Source of the DNA: Octopus bimaculoides
Taxonomy: Eukaryota
Direction: 5' to 3'
Length of the DNA stretch: 64,000 bases
Assembly (NCBI RefSeq): GCF_001194135.2
Contig: NC_068989.1
Location: forward strand, 41,192,234-41,256,233
The translations under genes and the position numbers were made by a program. The notes beneath the pieces were generated by a model. That model did not search any database. It was not told the origin of the DNA and worked only from the letters and a program-made list of their open reading frames with translations. The stretch's first letter is position 1. Each line of letters begins with the position of its first letter. Shown one piece after another: positions 15,041 through 28,409 of this stretch.

Positions 15041-15885
15041 TGTATACATATATATATATAATGTATATGTATACATATATATATATATATATANNNNNNN
15101 NNNNNNNNNNNNNNNNNNNNNNNNNNNNNNNNNNNNNNNNNNNNNNNNNNNNNNNNNNNNNNNNNNNNNNNNNNNNNNNNNNNNNNNNNNNNNNNNNNNN
15201 NNNNNNNNNNNNNNNNNNNNNNNNNNNNNNNNNNNNNNNNNNNNNNNNNNNNNNNNNNNNNNNNNNNNNNNNNNNNNNNNNNNNNNNNNNNNNNNNNNNN
15301 NNNNNNNNNNNNNNNNNNNNNNNNNNNNNNNNNNNNNNNNNNNNNNNNNNNNNNNNNNNNNNNNNNNNNNNNNNNNNNNNNNNNNNNNNNNNNNNNNNNN
15401 NNNNNNNNNNNNNNNNNNNNNNNNNNNNNNNNNNNNNNNNNNNNNNNNNNNNNNNNNNNNNNNNNNNNNNNNNNNNNNNNNNNNNNNNNNNNNNNNNNNN
15501 NNNNNNNNNNNNNNNNNNNNNNNNNNNNNNNNNNNNNNNNNNNNNNNNNNNNNNNNNNNNNNNNNNNNNNNNNNNNNNNNNNNNNNNNNNNNNNNNNNNN
15601 NNNNNNNNNNNNNNNNNNNNNNNNNNNNNTATGCATATACATTATATATATATATATATGTATGCATATACATTATATATATATATATATATATATATGC
15701 ATATACATTATATATATATATATATATATGCATATACATTATATATATATATATATGTATGCATATACATTATATATACATATCTATTATTGAGTCAGAC
15801 ATGGCCTAGGCCTATACTGGCCGAAGCCTATCTAAGTTATCAAAGTTATATATACATACATAAATACATACATATTTATGTATAC

Positions 15886-15918
<33 letters not shown>

Positions 15919-15963
15919 TATATACATATATACACACACGCATATATACATAAGTACATATTT

Positions 15964-15996
<33 letters not shown>

Positions 15997-16005
15997 CACA
16001 TGTAT
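14570..16005. repeat. (ATT)n and compound (TA)n/(TACA)n microsatellites flanking the terminal exon, with an N gap
   Basis: Directly visible. Similar arrays lie at 50-100, 2690-2820, 17295-17485, 32890-33165, 35545-36480, 36860-37010, 42850-42975, 54730-54840, 57670-57782 and 61294-61364. Confidence 0.95.
14789..14959 (-). CDS. Terminal coding exon of the host gene: EDLLEELKEKTAEASQQKAFLDNLLSAVVKHAPWLLDDVDADLESIAMMSHGEQWC*; FIP-RBD-like motif
   Basis: Acceptor cttgtttattttcag|GAAGAC, 56 codons plus TAG, phase 0. Gapless by-eye match to the FIP-RBD pattern (L..L.........Y/F-I/L-D.LL..I/V....P..L). Confidence 0.85.
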   Translation of the reverse strand, partial: EDLLEELKEKTAEASQQKAFLDNLLSAVVKHAPWLLDDVDADLESIAMMSHGEQWC

Positions 16006-16270
16006 AAAAACTAAACATTATACAATCAACAGATAATATCCTAAATATTAGGGATGAAACCGTCTCTCCCTGCATACACAAGCAATATTTTACTCTCAGA
16101 TACATCATCTGCAACAGCGATCGCACCAGGATAGCCCCTTTCATGATCACAAAATCTGAACACAGACAGCAAACAAACTCCACACACAGAAGAAATATGC
16201 CCCAATGACGAACTGCCTCAGCACACAATTATAAGAACACCAAACCCAAAACAAAATAATGTACCTACAC

Positions 16271-16368
16271 CTTAGCACTATCGTGGCATCTGATGTGGCT
16301 TTTTAAATCAGAAAATGTTCTGAAAAGACACCCACATAGATTGCACCTCTGATTTGGGCCACCAATAC
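16271..16368 (-). CDS. Coding exon with a C2H2 zinc finger: (S)IGGPNQRCNLCGCLFRTFSDLKSHIRCHDSAK
   Basis: atctgcag|GT...GCTAAG|gtgtag, 98 nt, phase 1 to 0. Exact C-x2-C-x3-F-x5-L-x2-H-x3-H spacing. Splices in frame to the terminal exon. Confidence 0.85.
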
Positions 16369-17291
16369 CTGCAGATAAATGTCTGTAAATATGTATATAT
16401 CTTTGTTTTTCTTTTGTTTTATTTTTTTATATGTGTATATATGTATAATTTTACTTTATATATATATGATTTTTTTATCTTTTAATTGCATATTTTTTAC
16501 TTTTTTATATTTATATATAATTCTTATTTACATTAGCAAATCACATATCATATATGGGGCACCAAGTCAGTTCGGTATTATCCGCTCAGCTCAAAGTAAG
16601 ATGAACAAAAATCAAATAAGTAACAAAGATTAATACAATACAGCCATTTAAGGAGGCTTCATTTAGATCTCTTTGTAGTGTCCTATGTTTTCTAATGTAG
16701 GCCTGTTTAACTGAAAATAATAAAAGAGTTTATGTTACCCCTACCCTACCTCTTTTTCTGGGCCTTTACCACTATCTAATTGACTTCTTTTGACATTTGT
16801 TTCTTGAAGTTGTGTCAAGGGAATTCATAGCCCTGGTGAATTATGGTTTGAGAGAACATCTAATAATATTTATTTATAACCAGCAGCTAGTTCTGAACTA
16901 TCAACTCCAAGTACTCTTAATTCTCAACAAACACAATATACTAGCTGCATTAAATCTTTTTAATCATAAGGAGATAGATAACAATTGGAAATGAATTACA
17001 ATCTCATAACCCCCAGTGTGTTCCATTTCTGCAACTCCAAAATTGTAGTTGTTTTCTCTCTTAGTTTATTTCTGCTACGATAGTCACAGCATGGAATTCT
17101 TTCATTCTCTAGCTCTTATAAAATATTTGCTAAAAATTATATTAGAATATCCTGTCTGTTGAAAATCTATATTTTTGCAACTGAAGATGGCATTGTATTT
17201 CAAATTGATGTAATGCTTGCATTGTTCAATTAAATGGAGCCACCCAAAACAGCTGTATTGCCTTAACACCTTGACATCCTTGTTACTCATT

Positions 17292-17344
<53 letters not shown>

Positions 17345-18489
17345 TATATACACACACACATATATACACACACACACACATATATACACACACACATATA
17401 TACACACACACACACATATATATACACACACACACACACATATATACATACACACACACATATATATACATACATACATATACATATCATTGTTATTATG
17501 CAAAAGTGTTGTAAGTCCAAAACATTGCTTTTTCAGAAAACAAAAAAAATAGTTTTACCATTACATAGCAAAACCATTGTACTACTCTTTGACAATTTTT
17601 GATGTCTTGGCATCTGAAGCTGGAGATACAATAGTTTGACTGAAAGACTGCAATAGTTTGACTATTGCAAGCAAAAATAAATATTGAAAAAAACGCATTT
17701 GGCCAAATTTGGATATTCGACAGTTTAATATAATAGCAACAATATATACATACATATACATATATAAATGCACTTATACACACACACACATTATTTACCT
17801 ACATACACATGCAGATACACATAATGAATAAAAAACATGTAAAACACAGAAAAATGAAAAAAAACTTCAAAGATCAAAGAATGTGTACAATGAAAAGTAA
17901 AAGGAGTAACTGAAGGCAGAGAAAATAGAAATTATACAAAAATTTACGACATTGTTTACGTATAAAATATAGGTAAGATTAAGACTATGTGAGGGTGGGA
18001 GGATTGGAGTTGAGAGTTGAGAATATTAAATTTTGAATTGATGACTTTCAAGTGACAATAGATGTGAAGTTATGGTGGTTGACTTCAAACCAGAGATTTT
18101 GCTCCAGTTTTTGGCCATTTTCTTGTACCTTTAAACAAAATATTTAACTCTGTTTGCTCTGACTAAAACTCTGTTCCAACTGAACAAATGCAGGTTCCAC
18201 TTACATTTCAGAGTTCATTTCTATCCTCTATTTCACAGTTTGTCAAGATCTCACCACTACACAAAGTGTTTCCTCTTAGATAAAATGGTTTTAAATTAAG
18301 GTGTCAAAAGAATATAGCCAGCTACTGAGGTCCCTTATGTGCTTAAGTTTATTGATTCTGCATGTATGAAATACAAGGTCAACCTTTCAATGATTTAAAC
18401 AAAGAAATATAATGGACTGAATCCATTTTGAAGCTCTACATCCAGGTCCTTAACACTCCTCTTAAAATATCACAGCTTAATATTGATTT

Positions 18490-18890
18490 CAGATTTTAGC
18501 ACAAGGCCAGAAATTCCACAGAAGTATGGTAAGTTGATTACCTCAACCTCAGTACTCAACTGGTACTTATTTTATCAACCCTGAAAACATGAAAGGCAAA
18601 GTCAATGTAAAGACTAACGAAATGCTGCTAAGCAATTTGCCCAGTGTACTAAAAATTCTGCCTGCTTGCTGCCTTATCATAACTTAATATTCTAGTAAAG
18701 AAGGTGGCGAGTAGGCAGCATTGTTAACATGCCAGTCTTTGCATTCTGAGTTCAAATTTCACCAAGGTTGACTTTGCCTTTCGTCCCTTTACGGGTCAAT
18801 AAAATAAGTATCAGTTCATCATTGAGGGTGATATAATCAACTTACCCCTCCCTTGAAACTACTGGCCTTATGGCAAATTTTGAAACCAAC
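18490..18890. mobile_element. Head-to-head inverted pair of SINE family A copies
   Basis: Minus copy about 18490-18675 (actggtacttattttatcaaccc...atgaaaggcaaagtcaa); plus copy about 18700-18890 (ttgactttgcctttcgtccc...gtcaataaaataagtatcagt). Confidence 0.75.
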
Positions 18891-19164
18891 ATTCTAGTAA
18901 AGAAATCTGATGATATCAAGATATGACCTTGCCCTAAGTGTGAAAGTATAGAGCTTCTGAATGAGAATCTTAAGCAAACCACAGATGCAGACTTGATCAA
19001 ACATGAATATGCTGTCACACTTCATTTTAAAAGTGGAAGGAAGATTAAATAATTCTCTGTGTTTCAACAGAGAGGATTCAATAGTTTGACTAAATGAATT
19101 TTCTACTCATTGAAGTAGCATGTAAGTAGCTGAATATTCCAAAGATACACATATCCTTGTGGAT

Positions 19165-19420
19165 GTATGTGGCTTAGTGGTTAGGGTGTTGGACTCATGA
19201 TCGTAAGATTGTGGTTTCGATTCCTGGACTAGACAATGTATTGTGTTCTTGAGCAAAACACTTCATTTCATGTTGCTCCAGTCCACTCAGCTGGCAAAAA
19301 TGAGTAATCCCATGATGGACCGGCGTCCCCTTCAGGTGGGGAATTTATATGCAATGGAAACCAGGAAACTGGCCCTTATGAGTCGGTATGCCTCAAGAAG
19401 GTAACCTTTACCTTTATCTT
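19165..19420 (+). mobile_element. tRNA-headed SINE family B
   Basis: tggcttagtggttaggg (A box), ggtttcgattcc (B box), gttcttgagcaaaacacttcatttca body. Confidence 0.85.
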
Positions 19421-20099
19421 TACATGTATCCCTAACATAATTCTTAGGCAGAATCAGCATGATACAGTGACAAGGCTGATTACAGGTACAATCAATCCAA
19501 CAGTCTTCTGAACAGTTTCAGTCTATGTAATTATACTAACAAGGTGTGGGTCAACTTGAGGCTATGAAAGAGACATTTGTACTTGATGCCATATGTTGGA
19601 TTCAAACCAGAGAACTAAAGGCTGCAAAAGCAAACTTCTTAACCATCTGGCCATACTGCAACCTGCTGAGGGTAATGAAGGGAGGGGTAATATTAGCATA
19701 ATGGCTCTTACAAGCCTAAAACAGAGGGGATAGTAGGAAGGGTAATTTGATAAAACTGATGTAGGGGATGGTCAATTTAAATTCTTGAAAGTCAATAGTT
19801 TATGGTTTGTGAATGTAAACAAGGATAGAGAGGAATGCTCTGACATGTAAGAAAGGGAATCAGTTCTACAAATGGAAAATTGAAATTTTTAGCACTGAGT
19901 TGGAATGAGAGTGGGGAGGTTAAAGGTATAGTGGCATGGAAAGAGGAGGCTGATATGCATGGGTGATAGCTGGTCTTCCATAAAGCAACCTTGCCCAGAC
20001 TTGTGCCTGGGAAGGTAACTTTCTAGTTAATGCTTCTGTAGGCTTGATATGGTTTTAGCATGTCACTTGACCTTAAATATTATCCGCTTAACAATCAGC

Positions 20100-21240
20100 A
20101 CTATTTTATTTTTGTCCTGTAGAGCACCTATTTAATATATTCTTATTACATACTGATATTTACCTAATTTTTACAACAATTCGCTATATACGAAGTTTAG
20201 CCATATTTTTTTCCCCTAGTCTTCATTGACCTGTTGGCCTACCGCAGCCTGTTGCCTCCCCTTAAAACTTAATTTGTAGGTCTCTATGTTCCCCTCTCAT
20301 ATGTTATACTGTTAAGAGACTGAAGGACATAAGTCACCCTTAAATTCTACTCGTCTTATTTCCCTTACCTTTTTTCCTTCCTTTCTTTTTCTTGTTTATC
20401 AATAAACAAAACCTTCGTAACAGTTTTAACTCGTGAATTGTTTTAAATTGTTATTAACCAATGTAGAGACTGCTGGCCTTAGACTTACTCCATTGTGTAC
20501 CATAGGGGGGTTTCTTGGTATCAATTTCCTGTGAGAACATTTTTTATTTAGTAACCTACATGAATTGTTTAACATTACTTAAGTTTACTCTGTTTAACAT
20601 AGGTTTGACCTTTGAGAATTATGTTAGTATCTTATCTACATAGAGCTTCTGGAAAACTTCTTCCTTTAACACCCTGACCCCACCCCTCCTAACTGCACCC
20701 TCCCATTAATAACTTGTAGTATTCCCTAGTCCTTTAATAGCTCATTCTGTCATCTACATTCTTTGAGCTCGGATGTTAAATACTCATCAGATGTTGAGCT
20801 CAGATGTTAAATGTACACTTAACATATTGGGCTTTTAGACTATTTGTCTAAACTATGTTTTCTTACCTCTTCTTTCTTCTTTTTGTTTATATTGTATGCT
20901 CTTGTTTTTCACTCTGATGAAGATCCGTTGCCCTAATTCGAATACCCTATGAAGATGAAGAATTTTATTCTCGCATTTATGTATAGGGTATCTGATCAGA
21001 AACATTCTGGGTATCTGATCAGAAACAGTTGTTAGCTTTGTATCAATAAACAAGGTTTAAATGTGGTCCTATCGATGTACTGGCTAATCTATGGATTTCT
21101 CCATTTTCTAATTATTTGCATTGGTTCCTGATAAACTTTTGTTTATCCTATTGTCACCTGCGCTTAATGTATAGGGTGTCCCTGAACATCATTGTCTGGG
21201 GATAACACCGGTAACGGATACTGATAGTATATACAGATAT
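20100..21240 (-). mobile_element. Probable old LINE 3'-end remnants
   Basis: Higher-complexity sequence with short broken reading frames and internal duplications (tatctgatcagaaaca x2; tgagctc.gatgttaaat x2). No diagnostic motif. Confidence 0.3.
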
Positions 21241-21301
21241 TTTATCCCTTTGTCGGTTACATCAACCACTAACTCTATTTATTTATTTATTTATTTATAT
21301 A

Positions 21302-21329
<28 letters not shown>

Positions 21330-21336
<7 letters not shown>

Positions 21337-21760
21337 GCCATATTTCCTGATATTACCCATGGTGGCAAAAGTATACCATTTCAAAGTCACCCATCTTAGT
21401 GAGTTCCAAATGTGGTGTCTATGTCAGTTACTTGATGTCTCTCTACATGACTGAATCTCAAACAACATCTGAAAACAATACCAGCAACAGCTGAACTTTG
21501 AAGACCAAGTCTGGCAGTACAGGCTATAGTTGAGCACTGGAGGACAACCACACCAATTTTGTGGTGACATTGACCCACACACTGGAGAATCCAGCACAGT
21601 GCCCCAAAGAAGACATGGGCCAAACAAACTGAGGAAGACCTGAAGTCACAGTGCTTCAACCTCAAGCATGCTAAGATCAGTGCTATGGATTGGAAAGCAT
21701 GGAGTAACATCATCACCAGAGTCCGTCATCTAGCAGAACCCATGGCTGCATATTGATTGA
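21330..21760 (+). mobile_element. Degenerate RTE-clade LINE C-terminal remnant
   Basis: WRIQHSAPKKTWAKQTEEDLKSQCFNLKHAKISAMDWKAWSNII resembles the RTE C-terminal R..GRP..TW...VEEDL...DR..W pattern. Confidence 0.6.
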
Positions 21761-21867
21761 GAGGACAGCCTCCATCTCTGGTCACCAGCTAGGGATTTTA
21801 CTTACTTATAAAAATAATGGTGGGGGTGTTAATGGGGGTAAATGTCATATTTTACTATGACTAAGGA

Positions 21868-22226
21868 CGTCGAGGGTTCCAGTTGATCCGATCAACGGAA
21901 CAGCCTGCTCGTGAAATTAACGTGTAAGTGGCTGAGCACTCCACAGACACGTGTACCCTTAACGTAGTTCTCGGGGATATTCAGCGTGACACAGTGTGAC
22001 AAGGCTGACCCTTTGAATTACAGACACAACAGAAACAGGAAGTAAGAGTGAGAGAAAGTTGTGGTGAAAGAGTACAGCAGGGTTCGCCACCATCCCCTGC
22101 TGGAGCCACGTGGAGCTTTAGGTGTTTTCGCTCAATAAACACTCACAACGCCCGGTCTGGGAATCGAAACCGCGATCCTATGACCATGAGTCCGCAGCCC
22201 TAACCACTGGGCCATTGCGCCTCCAT
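21868..22226 (-). mobile_element. Full-length young tRNA-headed SINE (family B) with a 12-bp TSD
   Basis: Minus-strand head GGAGGCGCAATGGCCCAGTGGTTAGGG...GGTTTCGATTCC (Pol III A/B boxes). TATGACTAAGGA flanks it at 21856-21867 and 22227-22238. Confidence 0.9.
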
Positions 22227-22306
22227 TATGACTAAGGAATACATGTAATAATAGACAAAAATATCTGATACAAATTATATAGACAAAACATAATTCAAAT
22301 ACTTAC

Positions 22307-22393
22307 TTTTGAGTCTGAAAGGTTCCTCCAACATTCTTGATCTGCATAACCTTCCTGAGACAGTGAATCTGTTTGGAAATGAAGATTTAGCAA
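22307..22393 (-). CDS. Coding exon (V)AKSSFPNRFTVSGRLCRSRMLEEPFRLK
   Basis: tgtattttaag|TT...CAAAA|gtaagt, 87 nt, phase 1/1, consensus donor, fits both neighbours. Confidence 0.75.
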
Positions 22394-22619
22394 CTTAAAA
22401 TACAAATGTATTTACAGAATCTACCATGCTTGGATAAGTGCCATAGTAATATATTTCACATGTCACATGACTGGTACACACTAACAAAAAAAAAAAAAAT
22501 CAACCAAACTAATTCACAACGGGGGGGGTAAAATACACAGCTTTTAGTGCATTGCAGTGGTTGCCAAACTAAAGAGGGAAGGAGATAAGAAACTGATGTC
22601 ATGACAGTGAATAACATTT

Positions 22620-22671
22620 CATGGTGGTGGTGATAGTGGTGGTGGTGTCCGTGATGGTGGTGACAGTGGTG

Positions 22672-22708
<37 letters not shown>

Positions 22709-22755
22709 CATTTCGTTGTTGTTGTTGTTGTGGTTGTTGTGATGTTGTTGCTGTT
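22620..22755. repeat. Compound trinucleotide microsatellite (GGT)n-(TTA)n-(TTG)n
   Basis: Directly visible; it produces the spurious V/L/C-rich ORF at 22621. Confidence 0.9.
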
Positions 22756-23341
22756 ATTCCATGCTATGATTGTTCACCTTTGGTTACAAAGCTGGAACCA
22801 AATACCAAATATCACATGCTGACTCTTCAAGACTGAAACTATCCATAGGAAGAGCAGAAGTACGTACACCGAACATGAAAAATGAAGTCTTTTTCTTGGG
22901 GTCTTTTTTTTTAAGTGACGGTGGGGGGTAGGAACGCAGAGGAGGAACATAATCATGTGCGCACGCAAATAAATAAATAAACAAATATTTATGTAGTTTA
23001 ATCATAAATAAATAAATAAATAAACAGACCACAAATTTACAATAAAGGCAAAATTCTAGAGTCAAATTTCAAATCTGTTGCTTGCTTGTCTGACTTGATA
23101 TAGAATACATACAACACTGATAGACTCATTTCAGATGCTAAAAGAACCAATCAAAATCATCTAACTCACCAAACAGCAGTGCTGCGAACTAGAATTTGAC
23201 AAATGCAGAGAAGCATGAGACTATAGCAATAATGATATTCAATAATATTCAATGAAGAATTTTGAAGACATAGAAATAACAGTCATCAAAGCAAACAAAG
23301 ACATTTTCGTGTGATAATTAAATGATAAATATATAAATGTT

Positions 23342-23647
23342 TATATTTATTTATATAAGGGCATTACTATACAAGAATGCCTCACGCTATGAGGGACTCT
23401 AAGGTCAGACTACCATAATAAACACATTTTTACCGAACGCAAGGAAATGCAACTCTCAAAGCTAGCCCCTTAAAAACAGACTGAATTATAGATCATGATT
23501 TCGTAGTTATTGTAGTATTATACAACTTGTACTCGACAACATTTCCTCGCGTTCAGTAAAAATGTGTTTATTATGGTAGTCTGACCTTAGAGTCCCTCAT
23601 AGCATGAGGCATTCTTGTATAGTAATGCCCTTATATAAATAAATATA
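23342..23647. repeat. Fold-back MITE-like element, 108-bp arms (3 mismatches), 90-bp spacer
   Basis: 23342-23449 is the reverse complement of 23540-23647. Confidence 0.9.
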
Positions 23648-26600
23648 TTTTGGGGAATAAATGATGGATTTTTTCCCTTATGAGGTTTTTTTCACGCTAG
23701 CTACTTGATAAATTCTTGTAAAAGAATTCATCCTATTATTGAATTTATATGTTTATATATACTTTACAAATAACTAGCAGAATGACTGGCTTTCAGGCAG
23801 TTTTCTGTTAGTCGTCAAATAATATTTACACACTTGATTCCTGGTGTGTGCAATTTTTTTGATATGTTTACATTGAATTTTTCTTTGTATCTTTTACTCA
23901 TCTAATAGAACTCACTGACTCAGTAGATAAATTTAGGGCATAACTACAGAAGAGTGCCATCACCTCCCAGCACTTGGTTTCATTTCTTCATAACTTCCTG
24001 AAAAATGGATATATATTTTTTTTTAACAAATTTTCTGCAAATACCTTTCAGATGGTGTAGATGGTAATTATGTCAGAATTTAATGTGAAAAAATATCAGG
24101 ACAAAAAGCATAAGTAGTTCATGCACCAAGCTTGCTTGGTGCATAAGGGTGATTACTGGACTCCTTGCTGGATACAAAACACAACCTGACAAAGGGTGAA
24201 AGAACTTAGGAGAGTCAACAGCCATCTAGTATTGGGTAAGAAATGAAAAAGGAAGGAAAAGGGAATGACTACCTTGTAGGTGGAAAGATTAACAGAATGA
24301 AAGGAAATTATAAGAGTAAGACAGTGATTCAGAGAAGTTTCCGAAACGGAGGTCTCTCATGAGCTGCATTTTTGTATTCAATGATAGAAAGGATGAACAC
24401 TACAATGAAATCATGCACCAGAGTTTGATGTAAAAGTTGATTACACTATGAATCCCAACTGGTTGAGAATGGTTGTTCAACCACGTCAAAGGATGATGAT
24501 TTCACAAACCTTGAATTTGGCTCCCCATATATTTTGATGATGTAGATTAGAACTACACTGAAAAAAAAAAAAAAAATTTGAGTCCCACATGATCCCTGCT
24601 ATTTCTAGCATACTAAACAACCACGTAGAAGATGGGCTCCCTTTGAGTTTGCTTAAAAGAGATTAAGATTGCCATAGAATAATAAAAGAAATATGTATTT
24701 AATAATTAATGTTAGCTTCGTATTCTACCTTTCCACAAAGATTATTTTCAAAAAAGGCTGGTATAGGCCTCAAAACTTTATTTTTTTTTTCAACATAATT
24801 CTAATGTACATGACTGAAACATATGAGGAAACAAAGTAAAGATGCATAAAATATCTACTTACTCTCCCCCTTTTTTTAACATTAAATTGTAATATAATCA
24901 TAATTATTATCTGAAAGGTATTGGTTGAAAATTTCATTTAAAAAATATCTATTTTTCAGAAAGTTATGAGGAAACAAAATTCAGTGGAGACACACTTCAG
25001 TACTTATTAGTTGATATGAACCAAGATGTTAAAAAATGCTATCTCAAAATGTAACCATGTCACTGAATAAAAATTTATTTTGTGATTGAATCATGAAATT
25101 GAAATCTTCAATAATAAAAGAATTTTAAAAACCATACATTGATCAAAAAATATATATATATATGTATACTAAAATGGGGATTTTTGAAAATTTTCTAAAC
25201 TAGGTAGAATTCAGTTGTTACTTTCATTTTGTAAAAGTTACATACATCAAACTAATTAATAAGTGGATTTCTTCTGTATAGTGTAGATGTCATTTAACTA
25301 AGTAGGTAGATTCATTCTGAGGGCTAGAAGAAATGAGTAGTTATGATGTTCATGTTTTTTCTAATGAGAGTAAGGGTAGGAATGATGATTAATAAATGTT
25401 TCTAGTATAGGTACAAAACCGGCAATTTCAAGAGAAAGAGAATAATTGGCACCATTGACCCCAGTGCTTGACTTGTATTTTATTTTATTGACACCACAGA
25501 GAACTCAGACTTTAAAGAGCCAGAAGAAACACTGCAAAGCATTTTTTAGCAATGCTGTAATGATTCTGCCAGCTTGCTGCCCAATAATAATAACTTTCAA
25601 TGATAATAATAATTATGGCCTGGAATTTAAAGGAAAGGGGTTATCTGATTAAAGCGGTCTAGTACTTGACTGACATTTTATTTACCAATCCTGAGAGGAT
25701 GAAAGGCAAAGTTATCTTTGGCAGGATTTGATGAAAAGTCAGAACAAATATCACAAGGCAATTGTCCACTGCATATCACTGTATAAACAGTCTTGGAGAG
25801 ATGGAAGATAAAGTTAAACTTGGTATGATTTGAACTTGGAATGTAAAGAACCAAAGCAAATCATAAATTACATTTTGTCTGATGCTCAAATGATTCTGCC
25901 AATTTGCCACTTTGTAAATTAAAATTACTGTATCATTGTATAAACCAGACTATCATATGTTGCACACCACTGTTAACAACGCACTTCCTTGCAGTGTTGT
26001 AGTATTTGAATGATGGTACTCTGCTGGTTGGGTAGCCAGGCCAGCATTCATTCCCAATGAATGGAATGCCAGTCTGTTGCAGGGTTACCTATTTACAGCT
26101 GAGTGAACTGGAGCAAGGTGAAATGAAGTGTTTTGTTCAAGAAAACAACGCACTGCTGGTCTGAGAATCTTGCAACCATGAGTGCAACACCCTAATCACT
26201 AAGTCATATGCCTTTGTACATTAATTAAAATATCATTAATAATGGCTGGTGTTAGGAAGAGCATCCAGCCACAAAAGTCATGCCAAAACAGGCAGTGAGG
26301 CTTCTGCCTAGCCAGCTCCTGTCAAAATGTCCAACTCATGCCAGCATGGAAAATGGACATTAAATGATAATGATGACGATGATGATGATGATGATGATGA
26401 TGACAGAAACAGTGTGGGAGTGGATATAATTACATCAATTATCCTCAAAACATGATTGTATACATTATTTTCTCCACAGTTAAAAGCATGGAAGGGACAA
26501 CTAGTCTCAGTGATATTTGAATTTGCAATGTGAAGGGATTTAACTATATACTATATGATATTTAGTCTGGCACTCTAGCACCTTTATGTACATAGTATGT

Positions 26601-27641
26601 TTAAAACTGCATTATTTAATGTGGTCTTTTATTAAAGACAATAAGGTGAAATTTGAAGGAGATTTGGCTGCTGTTTCTAGTAAATCAACTAATCATGTAG
26701 AAGCTATCTCATTGATTTGAGCAATGGATATTTTATAGTTGGATGGATGCTGATGCTATTGTTGGCCACTCAACTGTCCATTTATTTTTCTTTTGGCTTC
26801 AAGATGATAAAGAAGGATTATCCAAAAAAGCCACCAAATTTGCTGCTGACTTCATCCTGCCACCAACTTTACCCTCTCAACAAATCCTTTCCTATACTCA
26901 CATATTCTGAGTCATTACTCTCACCACCATAGGCATAGTGTTACCACCCCTCTGAGAAATATCCTCAAAGTCAAATACTCCTCTGGTCTTTATTTGATCA
27001 GTTACTGACCCCTACAAAGCTCTGGATTTACATTGAGCTACTGTGCTGTTGCTATACACAAATATACTATATCAATAATCCTTAACTGCTTTTTCTCAGC
27101 TCCTCCTCTTTTTGATCTTGTAAAATCATCAACACCCCTAGTGAAATTTTATGTAACAACCTTCTTCCCTTTTCTGTAACACCTCCAAGAGGGTATTTCA
27201 GTTCCATCTGAGAATACTGTCCAAGACAAAATTCAAATTATCATTCAACTATTTGATAAAGGCTCATTCTTCTCCAACATAATACAACCACTAACCTATA
27301 CAAATGCTATTTCTTCTTCCTGCTTTTTACTTATATACCTAATTCCATCCAGCTAGACTGCACACTAAACACTTCACCCAATCCTCAATCAGCTAAACTG
27401 TAAACATCTGAAACTACTTCTCCATCGAAGTTTTTCTTCTACGGGAGACCAATAGATGTTCAAATTAATCACCACAAATCTGGAAGACCTAAAGGTTTCA
27501 GGTACCATTCCATTTCTTTTCAGTACCTTACTGACGAGTGAAACATTGGCATATTTTGATAAGCTTTTATATATTGTAGTGGGACAAGAAATTTTAGGGG
27601 TACAAAAAAAGAAAAAGAAATAATTAAATAAATAAACTAAC

Positions 27642-27729
27642 CGTCACTTTCTGTACTTTTGTGACTTTGGTTTTCAATTTTTTTGCGAAGTTGCTCATGT
27701 TCTGTGCCAAGTTCTTGAAGTGCCGTTGT
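27642..27729 (-). CDS. Coiled-coil exon TTALQELGTEHEQLRKKIENQSHKSTESD
   Basis: Long polypyrimidine tract ...tttacag|ACA...GACG|gttagt, 88 nt, phase 0 to 1. Confidence 0.8.
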
Positions 27730-28409
27730 CTGTAAATTCCAAAGAAGAAAAACAAAAGAAACATCAATTGTAATACATTAATAATATTTCTAACAGCAAT
27801 TTTTTTTTTCTTTGGTCAGTAACGTTTTTATACTCATTAATTGAACTTATTAGATTCTATAAATAAAGAGAAGTGTCATAGAAGGCCAAGTTGATAGCAG
27901 TGTAAAACTAACATATTCTATACCATCAAAGGTTCCATAAATCAGGAGACTTAATGAGTCAAAGTACACTGTATTTTTCAGGACTAGTCTCAAAGGTACG
28001 ATAAAAATCTAGAAAATGGTGTTAAAGCAGGATCTTAATAGAGTATCAACCAACACTTATATTCCAATAACATCAACTATTCTATTTAGTGAGTGATCAT
28101 CCTATCATTTTTACAACTATGACAATCACATTTTTTGTCAAATAGTGTCTCTCACACTACATTATCCACAATAATTTCTACCTTTTTTTTTTCTATTTCC
28201 AAAATAGAAAGCTATGATGTGAAAGCAATTTGACTTTTAATTACAGCAGATCACACTACCAAGAACTTGTCTTTTTGGGGGGAAATCTTGTCTCCAATTC
28301 CTCCAAGTGATACAAATAGTAGGTAATATGAGGTACTCCACAACTGAATCATAACTTATGGATTAAACCTTCTTATTGATTTTTACTAATATATTCTTTC
28401 CCCTACCTC

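Noticed and set aside
16369-16383. Alternative upstream acceptor (tttacag) for the zinc-finger exon
   Set aside because: It adds 14 nt and would need a phase-2 upstream exon; the identified upstream exon ends in phase 1.
22150-22226. tRNA-like sequences at the SINE heads (also 8872, 19165, 28410, 60665)
   Set aside because: They have A/B boxes but no complete acceptor stem, and they continue into SINE bodies. They are not tRNA genes.
23170-23221. Candidate exon with a GTGAGT donor (SHASLHLSNSSSQHCCL)
   Set aside because: Its phase does not fit between exons 27642 and 22393, which already splice in frame.
24121-24144. 10-bp perfect hairpin ATGCACCAAG-cttg-CTTGGTGCAT
   Set aside because: Too short to exceed chance expectation in 64 kb, and it lies in a probable decayed LINE region.
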